Of a DNA stretch of 64,000 nucleotides, positions 53,472-64,000 are shown in pieces; the stretch's first letter is position 1, and the number at the start of each line of letters is the position of its first letter. Under the pieces are notes generated by a model. The model made no database searches and was not told where the DNA came from. It saw nothing but the letters and a program-made list of their open reading frames with translations. Source of the DNA: Anthoceros angustus (lineage: Eukaryota; Plantae; Anthocerotophyta); NCBI GenBank assembly GCA_010909165.1, contig VJWM01000126.1:620001-684000 (forward strand). The letters run 5' to 3'. The position numbers were made by a program, and so were the translations under genes.

Positions 53472-54400
53472 ATGCAAGCAGTTCAATGGCGGCTTCTCCC
53501 CCGCTTGCTCCAGCGAGGGCTGGCCAGTCACGCGGGGGAGGCAGCTCGGGCAGGAGCTGCAGCTGTGGATCCAGCTGATGTCGTCTGGGCCGTGCCTCGG
53601 TCCGATTCCGGCAAGAATTTCTGCAAGAAGGAGCGCAAACAGGGCAGGGTTCCGAGCATTGTCTTCGAGCAGGAAAGCGGGGAGACTGGCGGCAACAAGA
53701 GATTGATATCCGCCAATCTCATGCACGTCCAAAGGCTGCTGCAGAAGTACGGGACGAGCTTCTTCCTGTCGAGGACATTCATGCTGGAAATCTATCCGCA
53801 TCCGGACGCAAAGGAGCCGGAGGTGCGGGAGCGCGTGCTGCCGAAAGGGGTAAGGGTAGCCGCTTCCATTCAGTGGATGCTTGTGGCAATGACTGTGCGC
53901 AATTTTGCGCTCGAGGATGAATTTTTTGTGTTGTGGTTGTTGTTCGTAGGTGCATTTGCACGCGGGAACCGACAAGCTTTTGAACGTGACCTTCATCCGG
54001 GCTCCTGATCACGCCTTCCTCAAGGTGCATGTCCCTTTGGTCTTCCAGGGAGAGGATGTGTGCCCTGGGCTGAAGAAAGGTATGTGCTTTACTAGCAATT
54101 CCAAGAGGAGGTTGTTTTCCTGTAATGCAGTTCATTTGAATGAGCTTATGTCTCACCAGAAAACGATGGTTTGCTGCAGGGGGGAAACTGAACACGGTGA
54201 GGAGGACAGTTTGCTACAAGTGCCCTGGGGACGCCATACCCCGGTTCGTGGAGGTGGATCTGAGCAACCTGGACGTGGGCTCTTCCATCCTTGTGAAGGA
54301 CCTTAAGGTGGATCCCCGTCTCAAGCTCCACGGTGTGGACGAGACCTGGCCGGTGTGCAAGATCATGGGGACCCGCACTGTGGAGTCCAACAGGGGCTAG
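53472..54400 (+). CDS. Organellar (probably mitochondrial) ribosomal protein bL25/CTC-type (3 exons)
   Basis: Presequence-like N-terminus; KERKQGRVPSIVF; RERVLPK|VHLHAGTDKLLNVTFIRA; KVHVPLVFQGEDVCPGLKKG; IPRFVEVDLSNLDVGSSILVKDL. Confidence 0.88.
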
Positions 54401-54706
54401 CTAGCTAGGGTGTGCGGATGCTGCTGACATCAATTCCACAGACAAGAGCTCCACTTGTCCATGTTCAACACTCAAATGCAGGCACTTCACAGCTGTAGGT
54501 AGGTCACAATTGTTGTAAACATAGCCTACTTAGTCCATCACCTGGGATGAATTCATCCAGACTCGGAGTATGCCATCTCCCATGTTGACAGTATCCTACT
54601 GTAAGTACATCCCATCCCATCCCTTCCTGTCTTGCCTGCTTACAGTCACATCAACTTCGATCCTGCTAAGCCATGGCCAGAAAATGCAGGTACATGCAGC
54701 ACCTTG

Positions 54707-54961
54707 TCAGCCCCCGCTGATGGGAGGAATGAAGGCGAGCTCATCCCCGTCCTTGAGCACCACGGGCTCATCCACGTATTCACGGTTGAGCGCCAGCACC
54801 ATCCCCTCCCGCACCGGCTGCAAAGCGGGAAACTGCTTCACCACCCGTGCCGCACACTTGTCCGTCGTCTCCCCCAGCTCCACCTCCATCACCAGCTCCG
54901 CCACCCCCGCCAGCTCCCGCGCCTTGGCGAAAAGCAGCACCTTCACCTTCACCAGCGCCAT
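54707..54961 (-). CDS. CNX7: Molybdopterin synthase sulfur-carrier subunit (MoaD/MOCS2A), 84 aa
   Basis: VKVLLFAKARELAG...LALNREYV...DGDELAFIPPISGG*, with the C-terminal GG. Confidence 0.95.
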   Translation of the reverse strand: MALVKVKVLLFAKARELAGVAELVMEVELGETTDKCAARVVKQFPALQPVREGMVLALNREYVDEPVVLKDGDELAFIPPISGG

Positions 54962-55394
54962 CTCCTTCCTCCGCCTTCTGCCCCCGCAGCGTGCGCAAGG
55001 CGTTATTCTCACTTAGACTACATGCCATTATTATTTATTTTGTTGGCGTGCCCGTTTCGACAAGTCATGATACCACAGCGGGGTATGCATTGGTAGAGTA
55101 AAAGTATTGGTGAAATAAGATATATGATGGTGAAATAAGATATAAAGATGAAAAGTTAAAAGAGGTAAACGTTGATTAGTAGCTGCTCTCAACAATCTCG
55201 TCTTGTCGATGAAGAAGAAGAAGAAGAAGAATTTTATTAGATGAGCTGCTTGAAGATTTTTTTAGAAAAAGAGCTGCATGACAAGGACAAGTCGCCGTCC
55301 TCACAATTTTTTTCAGAAGAAGAGCAGCATGTCAAGGAGAAGTCACCATCCTCATGGATAGCTGCAAGGAGAAGTCACCATCCTCATGGATAGC

Positions 55395-55800
55395 TGAGCC
55401 ATCGACAGAAAAGTTGGACGATTGGAAGAAGCAAATGGTCGAAGCTCTCGATCAAGTTCTTCCAGAAGTTTTAGAAGATTTGAGAAGAAAGCAAAAGAGG
55501 CCATAGTTCGTGACGACTAAGTTGCCGAAGATCAAAACAGAGAGATCTATCCAAATGTAGCAAGCATCTTTGAAGTGCCTTGAAGTCAAGCATGAAACTT
55601 GCCCTACCAGATAAGCATGAGGGAGAGAGAGATCTCCAAAATATTGATTCTTGGATCTATCCTATGGAGACTTATCTTGACTCATTTGGTTTTGAGCTGC
55701 AGTACTACTTGAGGTTTGTCAGAAATTATCTACAAGGTTTTGTCTTGGTCTAGTGACGAAGTTATGGTGCTAATGTTGCCCAGGGCAATCGAGCTCATAC
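55395..55800 (+). mobile_element. Relic of a gypsy-type gag N-terminal region
   Basis: MKLALPDKHEGERDLQNIDSWIYPMETYL...VRNYLQG, with stops. Confidence 0.55.
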
Positions 55801-56029
55801 CATCATTGAATGGGTAGGTTTTTGTTTCGCCTGAGTGGGTAACTACTTAATGATATTGAACACAATTAAGCAAATAAATAGGTATTCCCTCAGAGATCCA
55901 TCCATGTCATTCTCTTAAAGATTTCGAGGCCATACTTATGGTCGGTATGCCCAAACGAGAGAAATGGCCTCCATACCGACAACGAGGATCGAAATCTTCT
56001 GGAGGATGACATGGATGTACTTGAATGAA

Positions 56030-56560
56030 AAGTGTATGGAATGGCCTATGCTGCGGTGATTGCTTCTGTCAAAGTTGTGTGAATATACACCATAATTTTG
56101 TTAGAAGCCCCATCTTTCAAACCGAACATAAAGCGACATAGTTTGTCAACCTCACTCATGGTTATGTAGTGCATTACAGCTTCACTAAAGGTACTTACAT
56201 ATTCTCGTCCTGTACAACATCTGTTTGCTTCATACCATCAAGCAACTACCGACTTACATACTCTCGTCCTATATAATACCTGTTTGCTTAATGCCATCAA
56301 GTAGCTACCGACTTACATACTCTCGTCCTGTACAGCACCTGTTTGCTTAATACCATCAAGCAGCTACCGACTCACACGGGAAGTAAAAACATGCCCAGTC
56401 CAGTCTTTCAACTTTTATGCAAATGGCTCAACTATCTCTTTCGACTTTTATGCAAATGGCTCAGCTATCTCTTTCGACGATAACTTCTCTTTGTCAAGCT
56501 GTTCTTTTCCCGATGGAGAAAAATCTTTAGGCGGTAGATCGACAAGAGACCTCTTGAGCA
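56030..56560 (-). mobile_element. Relic of a gypsy-type gag C-terminal region with a 59-bp triplication
   Basis: KQTGAV...REYVSTFSE...MSEVDKLCRFMFGLKD...LTEAITAA; repeat units start at 56193, 56252 and 56311. Confidence 0.6.
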
Positions 56561-58063
56561 TCTTCTTGCACTTCTGTTTGACCATCTTGTGTACTCTCTA
56601 GTCACTGGGAGGAATGTACTAGGCTCCTGAATTGGCAAGGTCCTAGACCACTGGGAAGCCAGCACTTGTCGCTTCGTTACTAGCTACGTAGGAAGGGGCG
56701 TTACTTTGTATGATGAGAGACATGCACCAAGTCTCAGAGCTCTCAACCTCACGACACAGCACTAGGCTTCAAGTAGCCCGCCGTCACTTCAAGTAGCCCG
56801 CCGTCAGCTGACGACTCCCAGACCATCTCCTCGAGGAGCTGCTCTTCATACACAGAAATACACACTTGAGTCCGGCTATCTACACCCAACCGGCTACTAC
56901 CTTTGACTCCAAGGGTTGCACTGTCGAATGAATGAATGAATGCTTTTAAGCTCTTGCTCTAGCCCTTACATATCCCGCAAGCTCACCTCAACTAGGCAGC
57001 CGCTGACCTCGAGAATTTTTGCAGACCAACCATCACCAAAAGTCCCCTCTACACAACTTTTCATTCGTGTCCCTCACAGTTCCTCTCTTCTAAAAGATTG
57101 CATGAACGATCAACACATGAGGGCTTACCTATTGATTAACGTTTTACTTTTTTTTTAACTTTTCACCTTTTCATTTTACTTAACCAGTAACGTTACTCTA
57201 CATGCTATTGTGATTTCTGCTGTTGGAGTGACAAGTCATGGATGAGACAAGAGTGGGTTATAGTGCAGGCAGGAAATGAGAGAATCTAAGACGCGTGTGC
57301 CGGCAACGTGGCGAGGAAGGTGTGAGGCACCGCACCTAAAAGCGTCAAAACAGACCTACCTAACCCGGGCGGTACGGGCACTAGGTGCAGTATGGCGGTC
57401 ATCCATGGGATTCTTCCTCCTTCCTTGAAGGAGAGAGGAAAACTAATTTGTCGCGGCTGCAGTTGGAGTGAGTATCGAGACCCCGGCTTCCGCGACAACT
57501 CCTGCTCCAGTTGCAGCAGACATGTGGAGTTCCCGTCCGCAGGAGGTGCCGGGATGGGGCCCGGACGGAACGTGTGGGACGCACGGCCCGACGACGCCTG
57601 CGGCTCTATCACCGGGCTCGCCAGCACAAACGGGCCTCTCGCAAACAGGGACAGCCGTAACATGAAAAACCAGGCAAGGGAAAGGAAATGACACGAAAAT
57701 GAGCCAAGTTAGGTGAGCTTTGTTCCTTCATGAAGGCCGAGAATAGGAACATTAGGGCAATGTGTTAAGCTGGATATACACACTTTTTTGTGTTGCGTTT
57801 TTGCGTTTTTGCGTTTTGTGTTGCATTGTGCGACGCAATTCAGGCGCGCTGATCACGCAACACAGATCTGCGGGGAAAGAGGGAGAGGAGCGGCAGTTCG
57901 GCGACGCATCCATCGCTGGCAGCGCGCGAAGGGCGCGGAAGCCGCGGAAGCGGGGAGGGAAAGAGGAGCAGCAGGCGGTGGAGACGGACGGGAGAAGCGG
58001 AAGAGCAGGGGGAGAAGCCGAGGCTCATGATTGACACAAAATCTGCTACTGCAGAAGGAGAGG

Positions 58064-61000
58064 ATGATTCCTGCAGCAGTGGCGAGTGCTGCACGCTTCC
58101 GCCTCGCCTCTTCCTCCCGCGGCGTCCGTGAGCTAATGCAAGCTGCCATCTCGGTGCCAGGCTCGCCGCTCGCCCGCGCCCCGCGCCTCTCCTTCCTCTC
58201 CGTCTCCCGCCCCGCCTCCTCCTTCTGCGTGCGGGGCGCGGCGCTCGCCTGGCCCCGGGCCTCTTGCGCGCTCGCGGGCGTGCCCCGGGCCGCGGTGCTG
58301 CTGCAAGTCCCGCAACGCCGAAGGCTCAGCATGGGTGCGTGGGGTGCTGTTTAATGTTTCCTCGCCGGCGCAACGGTGTCTCGGGTTTCCCGGCGCCTCA
58401 TGGCGGTGTTTGGTGCAGGGTCGGAGAACCCGTTCCAGAATTTGGTGAAGACCCTGCCCAAGGAGGGGGGCGGGAGCTACGGCAAGTTCTTCAGCTTGCC
58501 CGCGCTGGACGATCCCAGAGTCGGTGAGTGGTGTGTGCCGGATCTGGTTTGTGTGGCGAGGAGTGGGTCTGAGGCTGAATTTGTGGCTGTGCTAATGCAG
58601 ACAAGCTGCCCTACTCGATCCGGATCTTGCTGGAGTCTTGCATCCGCAATTGTGACAATTTCCAGGTCACCAAGGATGATGTGGAGAAGATCATTGACTG
58701 GGAGAACACTTCTCCCAAGCAGGTCGAGATCGCCTTCAAGCCCGCGAGGGTCATCTTGCAGGTGCGCTGTCTTGCGCGGACGTCTTCTGGTCGCAGGAGG
58801 GAGGGACGGGGGTGATGTGGATCTGCCCTGTTGTTGCAGGATTTCACCGGAGTGCCGGCGGTGGTCGATTTGGCGGCCATGCGGGATGCCATCAAGCGGC
58901 TTGGCGGTGACCCCAAAGTGATCAATCCCCTGGTAGGTTGGGAGTGGTTCGGATGGCCGATTCGGTGCGCAATTTGCCCGGCGTTGGCTCGTGACACGCT
59001 AGGTCGTGTGGTTTTCAGGTGCCTGTGGATCTTGTGATAGATCACTCGGTTCAGGTCGATGTTGCGCGGACTTCCAATGCGCTGCAGTCGAACATGGAGC
59101 TGGAGTTTGAGAGGAATAAGGAGAGGTTTGCGTTTTTGAAATGGGGCGCGTCTGCGTTCGAGAACATGTTGGTGGTGCCTCCTGGCTCGGGAATCGTGCA
59201 TCAGGTAAGCCCGTATCCTCGGCGATATCCGTGTACATTCTTATGGCTGCCTTGCAGCGTCATGGACTGGATTGAGTCAGTTTTTGCAATGCAGGTCAAC
59301 CTAGAGTATCTCGCACGGGTTGTTTTCGACAGGAAAGGGTATCTTTATCCGGACAGTCTTGTTGGCACGGATTCTCATACTACTATGATCGATGGTTTGG
59401 GAGTCGCTGGATGGGGAGTGGGTGGCATTGAAGCTGAAGCAGCCATGCTTGGTCAGGTGCGGTTTGGTCGCTGTAAAAGCAGGCCCGGCTGCGATACTGG
59501 TGTGTTTCTGAATACACGGCTTGTGTGTTGCTCACTTGTGTGTTGGTGGTGCTTGCAGCCCATGAGTATGGTGCTCCCGGGGGTTGTTGGGTTCAAGTTG
59601 ACAGGCAAGCTCAAAACTGGAGTTACGGCCACCGATTTGGTGTTGACTGTAACCCAGATATTGAGGAAGCATGGGGTTGTAGGCAAGTTCGTTGAATTCT
59701 ATGGTAAGGGCTCATTGTGCAAGCTTTTCCGTCACCGGGTCTTAAGGTGTGTCACCGTGTTAGTGAAGTCTTCGGTGGCGTTGGGTTTTCTGACCTCTTT
59801 AACTGCTTGTGCACAGGGAAGGGAATGGCAGAGTTGTCTCTCGCTGACAGAGCAACAATTGCAAACATGTCCCCAGAGTATGGGGCAACTATGGGATTCT
59901 TTCCTGTCGATCACGTCACTCTTCAGTACCTGACGATGACTGGGCGGTCAAAGGATAAGGTATGGTTAACATCTCTTTAGTTTCTCTTCTTTTTGCAGAT
60001 TCTAAATACTTCCTTGATGGGCTTTTTTACTTAAGTGCCTGTTGGACGAAACTCTTCTAGGTTTCACTGATTGAGGCTTATCTTCGTGCCAACAATCTAT
60101 TCATTGACTACGATGAGGTGAGTGTTTGTGTCAGTGATCAGTCACGTCTTTGTGGGCGTTTGCATGAGTGAAGCTTTTTTTTTTGTTTATTCAAGTCTGT
60201 TTGTCAATGGCCTGCAGCCCCAGACAGACAAAGTTTATTCCTCGTACCTGGAACTTGACCTGGCTACAGTTGAACCATGTGTTTCTGGCCCCAAACGGTA
60301 ATGCCCATTCTAAGTATACGCTTACAGGCTACAAGTTGTCTTGCAGAGTTCCCCTGTTTTGTCTGTTATGTCTGCACTTTTGTACCTGTCTCATTAAGCT
60401 TGGGTAGGTAATGCAGGCCCCATGATCGGGTGCCTATTGCGGATATGAAGAAAGATTGGCATGCCTGTCTTGACAACAAAGTTGGATTCAAGGTATTGTC
60501 TCGTGACTGGTGGTGGTTTTGTCAAATTTTTCATCTTCAGCGATTTTTTAGATTGAGACGACTTCCAAGATGTTGATGATGCCTGTTTGATTTGGTTGTT
60601 CCCTATCAGGGTTTTGCGATTCCCAAGAAGGATCAGGGGAAGGTTGCAAAATTCGATTTTGATGGCCAGGAAGCGGAAATGAGGCATGGGGATGTAGTCA
60701 TTGCTGCAATCACGAGCTGCACCAACACATCTAACCCCTATGTTATGCTCGGGGCTGGTCTTGTTGCCAAGAAGGCTACGGATTTGGGTTTGGAGGTGAG
60801 AAGAGGCTGTCACCCTAGAACTGTGGGTTTGATTCAATTAAGCTTCTGTATCTTGCACTCATGGTCGTGTTTCTGGGCACATCCACAGGTCAAGCCGTGG
60901 ATAAAAACCAGTTTAGCTCCTGGGTCGGGTGTTGTCACCAAATATCTTGAGAAAAGGTGTAGTATGCCTGTCAGCTGCTAAGAACCAGCATATGTGAAGC

Positions 61001-62784
61001 TTTTTGTGAAACATGTTTGTATGTCTGCGTTCACCACGCTCACTTTAAGCGCTTGTGTTGCCAGTGGGTTGAACAAGTATTTGGATAAGCAGGGCTTCAG
61101 CCTTGTAGGATATGGCTGCACGACGTGCATTGGCAATTCAGGAGAGCTCCACGAATCAGTGTCATCAGCCATTGCTGACAATGGTGTGTAACTCTGGTAA
61201 AGCCAGTGGCTGTTTCTGTGGACTCTGGAGAGGAAATTTGTCAGCTAATTGTGTTGTATCTGGCGGACTGGATTGCAGACATTGTTGCTGGAGCTGTCTT
61301 ATCTGGAAACCGTAATTTTGAAGGCCGTGTGCATCCTCTGACACGTGCAAACTATCTTGCATCACCACCCTTGGTGGTTGCATATGCCTTTGCTGGCACG
61401 GTAAGCAAGTTCGTAGGCATTTGCAAGATGCCTGTTCCTGGATTGACTTGAGGCTGTACTCAGATTATGATGGGTGGTCATGCTTATGGAATGCAGGTTG
61501 ATATTGACTTCAAGACTGAACCAATTGGTGTTGGAAAGGGAGGACAGCAAGTATTCTTGAAGGATATCTGGCCGACCACTGCTGAGGTTGATAAGGTATG
61601 GCATGACATCTGAATTTTCTACAGTGTGGACGTTGCAGCTCACAGGGTGGATGATCCCCGTCTAGTCTGTTGGCCTTACTAGATGGGCTTCGGGTGATGC
61701 TACAGGTTGTGCAGAACTCAGTTCTTCCAGAAATGTTCAAGGAGACATACCAGGCGATAACAGAGGGGAATGCCATGTGGAACTCGTTGAGTGCCCCCGA
61801 GGGGGCGTTATATGAGTGGGATCCTGCTTCCACTTATGTACATGAGCCGCCCTTCTTCAAGTCCATGTCAAAGACTCCCCCTGGCATTCATGGTGTGAAG
61901 GATGCGTATGTCCTTCTTAACTTTGGAGACAGCATCACTACTGATCACATATCACCAGCAGGGAATATTCAGAAGGACAGTCCTGCGGCCAAGTTCTTGA
62001 ATGAGCATGGCGTGGAAAGGAAAGACTTCAATTCTTATGGAAGTCGACGTGGAAATGATGAAATCATGGCTCGGGGAACTTTTGCCAATATTCGGATCGT
62101 CAACAAGTTTTTGAAAGGGGAGGTTGGTCCGAAGACCCTCCACATTCCCTCTGGGGAGAAGATGTTCATCTATGATGCTGCCATGGTAAGAATTATTTCC
62201 GTCACCTGAACTGCCAGATGCCTTCTGAAAAGGGTTGAATCTTTCTCGGTCGATCTCATTTCATCTGTCGCCGTGCAGAGATACAAAGATGAGGGTCATG
62301 ATACCATTATTCTTGCTGGGTCTGAATATGGGAGTGGAAGCTCACGGGATTGGGCTGCCAAGGGCCCTTACCTGCAGGTATGTACTTGCGGCAACCTTCC
62401 AAACCTGAAACGTCTCAGCTAAGCCTTGCATTTTAAATAATAGGGCCCTGTTGTTTTTCGGCGGTGTAGGGTGTGAAAGCTGTGATTGCCAAGAGCTTCG
62501 AGCGCATCCATCGCAGCAACTTGGTTGGAATGGGCATCATTCCCCTGTGCTTTAAGCCCAAGCAAGATGCGGACACTTTGGGTCTCACTGGGCGCGAGAA
62601 GTTTACCATTGATCTGCCTAGCAGCATCTCGGACATCACTCCAGGCCAAGATGTGGAGGTGAAAACCGATTCTGGCAAGAGTTTCACGTGTGTGCTCCGG
62701 TTCGATACTCAGGTGGAGCTGACATACTTCGAGCATGGTGGAATTCTGCACTATGTCCTGCGGCAGCTACTGAATCAGGGTTGA
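58064..62784 (+). CDS. ACO: Aconitate hydratase (plant ACO, IRP-like) with N-terminal targeting peptide, many exons
   Basis: [85 protein letters not shown]. Confidence 0.97.
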
Positions 62785-64000
62785 TTTTGAGTTTTTGGAA
62801 ACTTCCGTGGAAAGAGTGGAGGCATCGCTGTTTCGAGGAGCCTCATCTCTAAACAGAGAACAAGAGGGGAGGGTACGTGATGGTCAGCCCAGCCGAAGTG
62901 GTCAGTGTCGCTGCTCGCAGTCTCTTGACGCGGGCAGCTCGTCATGCAGGTGGTCACCGCGCAAAGTATGAAGTATGTAGGTGTGACTTGATAGTTCAGT
63001 ACTTCTGCCGGCTGACACGACCTTGTGTGACTTTTGTCTTTTCATTTGTGAACGATGATGTCATTGTACTCACGTACCTTTTGCACAACTACCCAACATC
63101 CGAAAGCGGTATGAAGCTTCCTTACATTTCTGTGCACGGATCGGCTAAGTTCATTGCCTTGAATTAACGGCTCCAACATTATCGGGAAGTTTGCAGCACC
63201 GGTTTGTAAAGGAGTGTGGTTTTCCAAGCTAACGGTTTGTGGGAACGCGGGTTAGTGGGTGCCCTGTGGGCAGATTCTGCTGATGCCATACTTTGGTGCT
63301 ATGGTCATGCCGCATGAGCAACGGCGGGACGATTACGTCCGGGATGGGATCAGCTTGATCAGCGCTAGCTTAGAGCCGGACGGGCACACTCGACAATGGA
63401 GTGCGCCTTGTCTGATAGCGCCACATGTGAGCTCACATACACAGCTCTGTCAATGGCTCAGTTTGGTTGGATGCTAGAACAGATTCCAGATTCTCGGAAG
63501 GACTGCTGCAGCGCACAAGAACTTGTTGCATGGCGGGTAAGTGAGGGAAGCGCACTGTTGCGAAAGCAGCCCACCTTACCCTGCTGCCGCAATTTCACGT
63601 GCCTCTTGTTTGTACGAAATGAATTGGCATGGGGACGGCGTGGCAGGCAGAATAGCTTTTAAAGCAGAAAAGAAGAACAGCTGACATGAAGCAGAACAGG
63701 GGAATAGCTGACATAGCAGAATAGGAGGAAAGCTTGACATAGCACATTAATTCACACATATATATTGATGGCGGGCCATGGCGGATGGCTCATGTCACCT
63801 TATCCCACCCAGCAACCCAGCAATGACATCCTGCATGAGACAAGACAGAGAAGGAGCGGATCTCAGCTGTCTAAAAATGCAGACAAAGCAGGAAAGGTCG
63901 AGGCCGCAAGTTTCTCCACTTACAGACATGTAGGGCCAGACGTGTGGTGCGGATAGCATAGATAGCAGATCCCGGTTGCCATTCCCAACATCGGAGTCAA

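Noticed and set aside
58070-58095. CAGUG-containing hairpin near the aconitase start as an iron-responsive element
   Set aside because: It lies in coding sequence and lacks the IRE 5-bp upper stem with a bulged C.
26633-62784. NFU, CNX7 and aconitase as an Fe-S/sulfur gene cluster
   Set aside because: They are far apart, separated by unrelated genes and TEs, and act in different compartments; probably coincidence.

Overview
Gene-dense eukaryotic nuclear DNA from a land plant. Introns are mostly about 70-110 nt and there are PLS-PPR genes with GRP- and DRH-like DYW:KP ends, which suggests a hornwort (inference). Contents in order: a disrupted PPR-DYW:KP (GRP-type) gene, tRNA-Pro(CGG) with a 35-bp tandem array, an intact 23-repeat PPR-DYW:KP gene (ends DGH), CDC48, an unusual five-exon SPFH/Band-7 gene with N-terminal beta repeats, a CIPK, a PPR-E+ gene of the WW class, an XS/XH (IDN2/FDM-like) gene, a PPR relic, plastid NFU, RPL13A, VHA-e and CDKG. 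Next comes a degenerate, internally inverted LINE split by a young Ty1/copia element (TSD TCCAC) that has extra ORFs at both ends. The window ends with a POB1/LRB-like BTB gene, bL25, CNX7, gypsy gag relics and aconitase. Most short ORFs in the six-frame track are exon pieces or antisense shadows. Several indel-rich tandem duplications may be long-read assembly artefacts. The best leads are the candidate U-to-C RNA-editing factor pair, the atypical SPFH protein and the copia accessory ORFs. All family calls are by eye from motifs; no database search was run.
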